The notes beneath the pieces are model-generated. The model searched no databases. It had not been told where the DNA came from and was given only the letters and a program-made list of their open reading frames with translations. From the human T2T-CHM13v2.0 reference genome, Homo sapiens: 64,000 nt of DNA. Location of the stretch: NCBI RefSeq assembly GCF_009914755.1, contig NC_060935.1. One strand, given 5' to 3'. Position numbers and translations under genes: made by a program. Shown here piece by piece: positions 54,171 through 64,000 of the stretch. Each line of letters opens with the position of its first letter. Positions within the stretch are counted from its first letter, which is position 1.

Positions 54171-55895
54171 ACTGGGTGCCTTTTGGGGGCTGGGAATTGG
54201 TGGTGGGAGTGAGAGCCTGGGAACCACATAATTCTATTACTTCTGAGGAGATCAACCAATGTGTAGACTTTCTTGCCCTATAACCAGAAGCACAGGATGC
54301 TGTGACATGAAATTAGTCACGTTTTCTAGCAGCTAGGTGGTTTGTAGGGGCAGCAACCATGGTTTGAAACCACTCACTTCTTTCTATAAAACTAAATCGG
54401 ACCTAATGAAATGCTAATTTGACCCAGGGAACTCAGGAGGCCAAGAGAACTGAAGCTGTTATCTGGCTTGGCTCTGTGTTCTGATTTGAAGCCAGCCCCC
54501 ATGGAACAGAGCCAGTCCCCAATTATGCCGGATTCCCAGCAGCTCATATAATTTATTATGCTAAGAAATAGAGCCTCCTGCTTCTGGCTAGTTGGTTTCT
54601 GTTGTTTGGTTACTAGAGTTGCGTAGGATAGAGTATTTATGGTAATAAAATATCGGATAATCATCCAGGGCTCGGTTGTGAAGGGATATTCAATATCTTT
54701 TCTTCCTGACTGTAATATTAGACAATCAATTATGATGTCATATTAGACAGAATGCTGAAGAATTCTAAAGCCATATTCACCTTCTCCATCCTTTCCCCCT
54801 TCACTCTGTTTGGAAGAGTCATAGGATTTGGGGGCAGGGGTTAAGGAGAATTCTTACCAGGACTGCTTGCTGCATGGTTTTTGTGTATGACTCAATACCC
54901 AGTCCAGGTAGCTTTATGAAAAATGATAGATTTTGGAAACCTGCTTGCTCTATGAGTGTAAAGAGCCCAAGGGTCTCCTTCAAGTGCATTTGGTTTAGAG
55001 ATGTCTATATATTATCTGAAAGTTGTCTGTATGGCTCGTCTTTATACCAGGAAGCTCCGTTTTCTTTATCCTGTGGCATAAAAAAATGAACCTACCAAGA
55101 GTCATCTTTCCCTCCGCCTTTTGTCTCAAATTCTGCTTTCACGCCTCTGCTATGCACTAATGTTCCTAGCCAGAAAAGACTGCAGCTTTCAAGAGGGGTT
55201 TCCTTCATTCTCTAGGCTGCTTTACGCCTCAGGGGAAACCCAGGAGCCCAGGGGCCTGTGGCGACTTTAGACAGCATTTCCCAAGGGCTTCGTTATAAAC
55301 TTAGTTGATTTGGAAACCTAGCAGATCACTTCTAGATGTTTAGGTTTAAATAGGAATGAGATAGAATTCTTGGGATTTATGTAAGAGGACCCCAACTACG
55401 CTGATGGAAGGACTGGCAGTACTAAGTATGACTTCTAGGTGATTTCAGTTGCTGTTGTGAGCCAGCTTTAAGCCATGAGGATACTTCCAGTGGCAATTAA
55501 TGTATGGCCTGCCATTATGAAGCCATTATACTGAAACAGAAGCCAAAATCTGTACAAACACATATTTTATAGTCTCTTTAAAATGGCATCTAGCTTTTGG
55601 ATTAATATTTGAAAGTTAAACAGTCTACCTTATTTTCTTCTTCCACCCAGTTACTATCAACAGTAGCTTAAGCTGGAACTGTAGGACTCACATGTCAAGT
55701 ATAGACAAGACTGCTCTGTCATCCCTAATAATGTATTGGTTCTTCTCTGCCAAAACGAGATACATTTACTTATGTCCAGCTATTTCTTGCAACAATATCA
55801 ACCTGACAAGTTCCATTATTCTATTAATACACACACATATTTTTATGGGCTCTCAATGGATGTATCCACACATACACAAAAATGTAAATACACAC

Positions 55896-55926
<31 letters not shown>

Positions 55927-55939
55927 CCCTTAGTAGATT

Positions 55940-56245
55940 TTTTTTTTTTTTTTTTTTTTTGAGACAGAGTCTCGCTTTGTCGCCCAGACTGGAGTGCAGT
56001 GGCGCGATCTCGGCTCACTGCAAGCTCTGCCTCCTGGGTTCACGCCATTCTCCTGCCTCAGCCTCCTGAGTAGCTGGGACCACAGGCGCCCACCACCACA
56101 CCCAGCTAATTTGTTTGTATTTTTTTTAGTAGAGACGGGGTTTCACTGTGTTAGCCAGGATGGTCTCGATCTCCTGACCTTGTGATCCACCTGCCTCTGC
56201 CTCCCAAAGTGCTGGAACTACAGGTGTGAGCCACCGCGCCTGGCC
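55940..56245 (-). mobile_element. AluY, next to (CA)n at 55897-55925
   Basis: AluY diagnostics; perfect TSD accccttagtagatt at 55925 and 56246. Confidence 0.98.
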
Positions 56246-56347
56246 ACCCCTTAGTAGATTTTTAGACAGGCTGAATTCAATAGTATATAAGAGGCCCCTG
56301 TTATCTCATTCTCATTACATGTGTCATTGGGAATTTTGTTTGTTTGC

Positions 56348-56349
<2 letters not shown>

Positions 56350-56382
<33 letters not shown>
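56350..56382. repeat. (GT)n microsatellite
   Basis: Direct reading. Confidence 0.95.
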
Positions 56383-56384
<2 letters not shown>

Positions 56385-56429
56385 GTTCAAAGTACTGTCA
56401 TATGTACTGTCATTTAAAAACACACAGCA

Positions 56430-57200
56430 TGACCTTGTGTTTGGTACTTTATGTACATTACCTTTCTAAACAATTTCGATATCCCTTTGAGATGAGTAGG
56501 ATCAATATATTCACTTACAGATGAGGAATACAGACTCTGAGATTCATCTGAGAACTCACTTAGTTTACTAACTGTCAGAGCTGGAATTTGAACTCAGATC
56601 TCCCTGACTCCAGATCCTGAGTTCTTAATCACAACTGTCTCCTCCCTATTTAATTCTTGTGACAATCCAATCGCATTTGTTCGGTTTTTACAGACAAGAA
56701 AACTGAGACCAAGGTGAAATTACTTGTCTGGAGCCCCCCATGTTATGATGTTTTTGGCTGTGGTTAAATTCAGTCTTTTATATCTGAGATGTTCTGACCA
56801 GCAATTCAAATGCCTTATTTTAATGTAGAGAGTAGAACTGGGCCACCTGACCACAAACTAGATTATTCGGGAAAGTTGCTTTATCTTAAACCATAAAGGG
56901 AAGACATTGCTCCCCTCAGAAATAGTAACCGAAATAATTTCTTTGGGAAGCGTTGTTACTAGAGGTTAATTAAGAATAATAATGCACAACAGGTATTAAA
57001 TGCTTATTATCTGCTTTACATATGTTGGTTCATTTCATCTTTTCAAAGCCCCATGAGGATGGTTCTGTTTTTCCCTGTTTTACAGATGAGACACTGAGAG
57101 GTTAAATAACTTGGCCAAGATTACAAAGCTAATAGGTGGCAGAGCTGAGATTCAAACTCAGGTAGTCTGGGCTGGTGTCCTTGGTCTTAACCACCCTGCA
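56430..57200 (-). mobile_element. Cluster of three same-orientation MIR fragments
   Basis: ttacagatgaggaa (56516), tttacagacaagaaaactgaga (56687) and ttttacagatgagacactgaga (57078) cores. Confidence 0.8.
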
Positions 57201-57309
57201 ATGTGACCACATTCGTTTCCTATTCACTTTCACTGATTTTGTAGGTTTGGTGGTGAAGAGACCCTTTATTTTCCCTCCAGTAGTTTGCTGATAATGAGAG
57301 CAAGCCATC

Positions 57310-57687
57310 TGTATTAGTCTGTTATTATAATGCTGTAAAGAAATGCCTGAGACTGGGTAATTTATAAAGGGAAGAGGTTTAATTGACTCACAGTTCTGCA
57401 TGGCTGGGGAAGCCTTGGGAAACTTACAATCATGGTGGAAGGGAAAGCAGCACAGACCTTCTTCACGTGGCAGCAGGAAAGAGAAGGGTGAATGAGCAAA
57501 GCAGGAGGAGCCCCTTATAAAACCACCAGATCTCTGAGAACTCACTCACTATCATGAGAACAGCATGGGGGAAACCGCCCCCATGACCCAGTCACCTCCC
57601 ACCAGGTCCCGTGCTTGACATGTGGGGATTATGGGAATTACAATTCGTGATGAGATTTGGGTGGGGACACAGAGCCAAACTATCTCA
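57310..57687 (-). mobile_element. THE1 (THE1C/D-like) MaLR solo LTR
   Basis: tgtattagtctg...gagatttgggtggggacacagagccaaactatctca; perfect 5-bp TSD ccatc. Confidence 0.95.
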
Positions 57688-58795
57688 CCATCCCAGGCAA
57701 GTGGCACTGCTTCCATTCTTATGCTCCTGGTCTCAGTATCTGGATTTCCCACAGGTATAGCCAAATGAAAGAGACCTTAGCATTCAGTTATACTTTGAAA
57801 AATACAAAAACAATTCTCCATTACAGTGGTTATGTTTAGCAATACTTAAGGCTCATTTCTAGAATGATAGCCAACAAGACAAACATATAGCTGTAATTTA
57901 ATGCCTTTTTCAAAAGTCCATGGTCATTATTAAATAGATTATAGAAAACTCCCTTATCTCATCATAGTCACTGATGATATTTATCCTGTTTGTTTCACCC
58001 GTCCTTTAAATTGGTGATCAGAGCATCTTGCTTGGGTGTGTCTACATTGGCCTTGGGCCCTGAACATCTGTAATGTCTTCCTCAGCCTCCAGTGACTTTA
58101 TAACATCTTGACAAGGAAGTATTTTCAATTAGCCACGGGAGAGACTTTGGTTCCCTGTCTGCTGTCAGCTCCTCCCTCCTCAAGCCCATTGGAATCTGAA
58201 AAGAAAACCGATAAAATAAAACTACTGCAAGAAGTTGCTGATTCATGTGAACTCTTTTTTGAAATCAGAACAAATTATTCTCTGTTGCTTTGCCCACCTC
58301 TTCTGATAAGCACCTGAGCATCTTTTAGGAACTGAAATTTTAATTCACTTTTCTTCAGCATCTAAGACTTTATAGCCTACTTCTGCTAGGGAGTTGGGAG
58401 TTACAAAACATCTATCTACACCTGAAGCCATTTGCTAAAAGAGTTGGCATTCCTTTCAGAACATATCATCAGTTTAAAAAAAAAGACATTTAAACAGAAA
58501 ACACATTTCAAAATCTATCAGTCTCCCATGGGGCTATTTTACTCAACTGAGGTGGGGAGAGGGAGATTGTTTGGTTCTCAAAAGACAGAACTTTTTTTCT
58601 GTCTGTGAACAAGGGATAGAATAGTGTGGGAGAAATGGCTGGACTTGGAACTGCAACCCAGTCTTGAATCTTGACCCTATCATTATCATCACTTATGGCT
58701 CTGAGCGTCCCTTACCCATATGTAAAATAGAGGCTATAATGCTGTGATTATCTATGAGCAAAGAGGCCAGTTATAGTTAACCAGGAGAGAAATGA

Positions 58796-59083
<288 letters not shown>

Positions 59084-59199
59084 TGATGTTAGATCTTTGT
59101 ACAAAGACTGTGCTCTTTCTAGCCTATGATTTGGAAAGAGTGTAAATGGTAACTAATAGGTTATAATAAACCTATTTGGAGATGGACAGAAGGTTATAG

Positions 59200-59420
59200 T
59201 AGTTGAGGGGTTTAGGGGAAGAGTTCAAGCCTTAGAAGTAGATGATTTTTAATCTTGGTTTTAGTGCTCATTAACTAAGGGACCCTGAGCAAGTTATTTT
59301 ATTTCTCTGAGCCCCAATTTCCACGTTCATACAGTGGAGACAATAATATTGGCCTTTTTATCACTCAGAACTGTTTGATGAAATAATGAAGTGTGTTTTG
59401 TAAACTGGAAAGTGTGAACT
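59200..59420 (+). mobile_element. MIR
   Basis: gaccctgagcaagttattttatttctctgagccccaatttcc. Confidence 0.7.
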
Positions 59421-60044
59421 GTCCACAAAAGAGGCCTTGGGGGATGAGTGCTTCTTGGAGGCGTGGGAAGCACTGTTGGAAGCGCCTCTTGTCCCTGCCC
59501 CTGGGTCCTGCCCAGCCCAATACCTAGGTTCATAAGCACGTGTCTTTGAATCCAGCTAAGATGATGCAGTATTTACGCAAGGAGTGTTTATGGAAAGCAA
59601 GAGATGGGATACTTCGTCTGTGAGAAATGTTTACATAAGTGCCTTTTAAGGTGGGAGTTATGCCCAGTGACGAAATTCCACTTACATATGCAACTGAAAA
59701 AAAGGTGAAAGTTGAGGTAGGAATTTGTATTGGGAACAATGAAAATAGTAACAGAGTAGGAAAGGACCAGGCAGCAAGCAATGGAGGGAAGGAGTTTTGA
59801 GATCAAAGCAGGATTTCCACTTACTATCATTAAACCTAGTATTTCAGTGCTTCGTGTTTGGGGAAGAATAATCAGCCATTGTGCTGCAGTGGAAAACATC
59901 CAAGCATTGATTTCCAGAGAACCTGGGGTTCCTCTGGGCCAGCTTTGTCTCTGGTGTTTTGAGGGAGGAATCACTAGCTTTTCCATCTGTGCAAAAGGCC
60001 AGGCGTCTAAATGGATAACTCTTCCTTTAAAAACTTCTGTGATG

Positions 60045-60301
60045 GGAAGGGGAACATCACACTCTGGGGACTGTTGTGGGGTGGGGGGACGGGGGAGGGA
60101 TAGCATTAGGAGATATACCTAATGCTAAATGACGAGTTAATGGGTGTAGCACACCAGCATGGCACATTTATACATATGTAACTAACCTGCACATTGTGCA
60201 CATGTACCCTAAAACTTAAAGTATAATAATAAAAAAAAGAATATTTTGCAAATAAAGTAAAAGAAACACCCTTGAAAAAAAAAAAAAAAAAAAAAAAAAA
60301 A
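60045..60301 (+). mobile_element. 5'-truncated L1PA3-like insertion carrying a 36-nt 3' transduction
   Basis: L1 3'UTR 60045-60230, A-run, non-L1 36 nt, second poly(A); TSD aaaaacttctgtgatg at 60029-60044 and 60297-60312. Confidence 0.93.
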
Positions 60302-61734
60302 CTTCTGTGATGATAAATGTGTGCGTGGGATCCTGTTAAGCAGGGAATTCCTTTGAAAGCCTTGTTTCCCTTTTCTCTCCATGGCCCAGAGATAGATCCT
60401 GGCCGCATTTGGATATGAAAACTCCTCAGCCTTGCCGTGTTCTCCTGCCCCTTGAGAGTTGTGTTCTGTTTGAAAAGAGCTGAACAAATGAAGGCTGTTT
60501 TTTCACTTGGGATAAGAATATCCTTCTCAAAGCAGTAAGGGCTGAACGAGGGTAACAGGATCCATATGTTGAAGCTGGCTGCTAATACTCAGCATATGGT
60601 CCAGCAAACTTTCTTGGGGGGACTCAGCTTCTCATTCTTTAAGGAATGCTCCAGTGAACTCCAGAAAAGATCAGGACTTAGGTGACCGTGGCATAGACAC
60701 AGCTTCTGGGCTTCATAAGCCTGTAGTTCCCAGAGAATGAGAGCCACGGGAAGTGACAGGGAAGGTCCTGGCTGGCCTTAGCATGGATAGCACTGGCCTG
60801 CAGCTCTCTTTGTAAGGCTCCATGCTCCCCAAGATACGATGGGCCCTTATCAATTCATGGGCTCTCTGTGTTCTGTTAAGGGATAGTGAATCCAAGGGTT
60901 GTTACTTGGGGTTCCCAGATGGTGTGTTCTAGTGAATGGAAACGTTTTGCCCTCTGTGCAGGGGCAGCATTGCATCATGGAAAGATCACCTACCCGGAGC
61001 CAGGAGGCCTGGGCTCTGGGGCCACGCTAGCCCTAACTAGAAGTGACCATAGGAAAGTCACTCCACCTTTTCCTCATCTGGAAAATGAGGAGGCAGGATG
61101 TGGTGATGTCTGAGACCCCTTTGGGCTCTCACAGTGTAGAATCAAGTGGCACCTGAACTCCATCCTGAGGAGAATGACAGGAGAAAGCACCCACAGATAA
61201 TCACACTTGCACTGCGGGCAGTGACCCTGCGGCATAGTATTCCAGCACAGCTCTGTGTGCTGCGACCACATTCAGGAGAGGCAGGGGAAGACTTTTTATT
61301 GCTCTCAGGCAAGAATTCAGTCCTGAGCCTCAGGGAGCCGGCAGTGGTGGTCTGAGCAGGGGAGAAACTAGCTGCCCTAGATTACTCTATTTCTTCCAAA
61401 CCAGTTTTTGGAAGTCTGGGTTTTCCCCTCTGATTTTCACAGATGACAGCGTCAGCATCTTCCCCCTGCCTCTGCCCAGGGCCCCATTTCTCCCCTTATG
61501 CCCTCCTCCTTCCCTTTTCCATCCCTGTCTCCACCACATCACCTCTTTCTCTCTGAAGCCTCTGCTGGCTTTCTCCGTGACCTGCCTTGTCTGTTGCTGG
61601 CATGGTTAGGAAGGCCGCACCCCCTTCCCAGCCCCAAGCAGGCCCTCTAATCCCTGCAGTCGGCTGAGGACAACTGTAGTCTCTCCATCAAATAAGCATA
61701 GACCAAGACCTGCAGCAGCTCTGCCTGCGAGCCG

Positions 61735-61748
61735 GTCACCATGGCAAC
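61735..61748. promoter_or_regulatory. Candidate RFX X-box (GTCACCATGGCAAC)
   Basis: 13/14 match to the palindrome GTTRCCATGGYAAC. Confidence 0.5.
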
Positions 61749-62784
61749 GAGCATCACCTCCATTCTACTGTGAAAAGAAAATGGCTGTTGGAAGGAAGGG
61801 CTCACTGAATCTCCATTCCCCAGGCTGTTTTGTTCAAGCCTGTCCCTCCTGTTGGCCAGAAGAAGCCCCATGCACTGAACCAAATACCTGTTTGCCTTTA
61901 GATTTGGGGTTTACTTAAGAGAAGGAAAGGCAGAAAGAAGTTGAATTCAAAGGAATAAAGCATTTTTCCACCTCGAAACTCTATTTTCATGAGGAATGGT
62001 TGTCTGCTCCCAGCAGATAAACGAGGAGCAGATGAACACAGGGATCTGTGAGATCTGGCGCAGTGTATTTTGTCTTATCGGTGCAGTGGAATGACAGAGC
62101 ATATGGATGTTCAAATAAATATTCAGGGAAAGTAGCCAAGGGACCCAGGGAATTCCACAGGGCACGGGCTACAGAATTTCCAAAGGGTGTCTGACTAATT
62201 GGGGTGGTGATATGTGATGTTGGCTCCTGTTATGGAAAAAGGTGTGTTGGTCCTGTAGTCGTGAGGGAAGGTGAGGGTTTACCCTTACCATCCCCACTTC
62301 AAAATCAGTGTGAGCCCTCCTAGTGATTGTGTCCAGACAGCCTGGGGAACTGGCAGGAGACCCCTGAGCTTGATTCTGGAGTGCAGCCTTACTGCACTTG
62401 ACACAGCTGTGGAGACACTTCAGATGACATCCAGAAGGAACTGGTTGGGTCACCATTTCTGTGAATCCCAGGATGTTGCTGTTTTGGAGCAGGATCATAA
62501 GTCTTCTCAAGGGGTTGGAAACATTTAGTGCAGAGATCACCCAGAATCTCCCAGGGCACCTTGCACTCTCTGAGGGGAAATAGCTATTCCATAGGAGAAT
62601 GGTCTGGGCCGTGTCTCTCTCTGGCTGCACATGGCCCTGGCTGTTGGTGGCACAAGTTCTCAAACTCCACACAACCTCCTCCCTTCACTCTTTCTTAAAG
62701 TCAGTTGGGAAGCCTATTTTTGAATGGAAGATCTGGGTTTCATTCTTGAACATTGGAATGTACGTTTGAACTGAACTTTGTGGG

Positions 62785-62806
62785 TTTTTTTTTGTTTTTT
62801 GTTTTG

Positions 62807-62837
<31 letters not shown>
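62785..62837. repeat. (GTTTT)n repeat forming the exon 2 polypyrimidine tract
   Basis: Direct reading. Confidence 0.95.
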
Positions 62838-62840
62838 CAG

Positions 62841-62915
62841 TTTCTCTGCAGGTGGATATTGTTCCCAGCCAGGGGGAGATCAGCGTTGGAGAGTCCAAAT
62901 TCTTCTTATGCCAAG
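62841..62915 (+). CDS. NCAM1: NCAM1 exon 2 (end of signal peptide and start of Ig-like domain 1), phase 1-1, 75 nt
   Basis: Reads TT TCT CTG CAG GTG GAT ... TGC CAA G = (V)SLQVDIVPSQGEISVGESKFFLCQ(V), identical to the NCAM1 N-terminus as I recall it (MLQTKDLIWTLFFLGTAVSLQVDIVPSQGEISVGESKFFLCQVAG). Flanked by a ttttttcag acceptor and an AAG|GCAAGT donor. Confidence 0.97.
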
Positions 62916-64000
62916 GCAAGTGCCTAGTGCTCAGCTGCATTTTAGAACTTGCTTCAGAAACTCACTGGGTAGAGCAGGAGCCCTCAGGCCATGTGAGCTG
63001 GCTGGTCAAGCCACACCTAGAATTCTTGGCATTGCTCTATTACAGGGTCAATAGTATGGCCATTTAAGAGCCAGGGCCTCTTCCTTCCTTTTGCAAAAAG
63101 CTGCCTCAACATAGCAAATCTGTCATCTAGACTTCACCTTGACTACAGAGGAAGTCTAGGAGTTTTCTTAGAAAAATCAGCACAACTTCCAGAATAGTGA
63201 ATCATCCCCCATCTCCTATTCTGTATACATTCAGAGTTCTGTAAATGACAATGGAGAACAGCACTGGCTCAGAAACAATACTTCGGTGGATCTGTTTAAG
63301 GCTTATTTCTTAGAATTCCCCAGAGCTTGAAAATCTAAGTCTAAAACTTGCCTGTAGGTAAATAGAATACTGGTATGGCTTTTGTTGTGAGGACATATAT
63401 CCTGGGTTTACCAGGTCTATTGTGAATATCGATATTCTGTGCCATGGTCCCCACCAGAGCTCTGAGATATGCCAGACCTGGTGACCTTGTTTTACATTTA
63501 GAAAACATGCCCCATTTCCACAGCCCAGATAATTGCCAGAAAATGTCCTGTGGAGGAAAAGGTTTCAAATTAAGCCTCAGATTCTCTGTATATGACATGA
63601 CTGGGATTCAGAACATGGAAGAACCAGGAAAGAGCTGAGCTAGGTGTAAATGGTGACATTTAGCAAGCAGCTTTTGGCAGGGAGGGGCCTTTAAATGCTG
63701 TCATGATTTGCGTGGACGAGGTGGCTTGTGGCCGTCGGATGTGTTCACTCCAGCTTTGCCTTCATTACAGCAATTTCAATGATCTGGAGACGCAGCCGTG
63801 GAGCCCACAGCACATCTTGCAAATAGCGATATTTATTGAAAACATGATGGGCCCTGAAAGGAAGACTGCTTCATTTCCATACTAAGCATCTGTGCAGGGC
63901 TGGGTGGTGCAGGCTGAGAAGGGCGCCACGCGAAGAGGCAGGGGCCCATGCAAACAGGCAGGGCGCCGCCACATCCGCCGGATCTGAGCGCCCTTCCAGC
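62916..64000 (+). other. NCAM1: Start of NCAM1 intron 2 (GC-AG type)
   Basis: Protein match stops after CAA G; the next bases are GCAAGT. Confidence 0.9.

Overview
Primate (almost certainly human) genomic DNA from the NCAM1 locus (neural cell adhesion molecule 1/CD56, + strand). About 62.8 kb is the 3' part of the very long first intron. The only supportable coding sequence is the 75-nt exon 2 (62841-62915, (V)SLQVDIVPSQGEISVGESKFFLCQ), followed by about 1 kb of intron 2. The rest is typical primate intron: 11 Alus, L1/L2/L3 fragments, MIRs, solo LTRs (THE1, MLT1, MLT2, MER21), hAT relics (Charlie1, MER1B, MER5, MER81) and microsatellites. The six-frame ORFs other than exon 2 appear spurious or repeat-derived. 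I see no evidence of a new protein-coding system. The best leads are: (1) unusual splice architecture at exon 2 (GC donor, no adenosine for 63 nt before the acceptor AG, a decoy AG 11 nt inside the exon); (2) cryptic exon / recursive-splice candidates in intron 1 (an 18-nt in-frame microexon or AG|GTAAG site at 12912-12929; a 39-nt poison exon at 47495-47533); (3) a clear L1 3' transduction at 60045-60301; (4) a split REST/RE1 site inside an L2; (5) several candidate neural enhancers. Repeat subfamily names come from recalled consensus sequences and need RepeatMasker confirmation.
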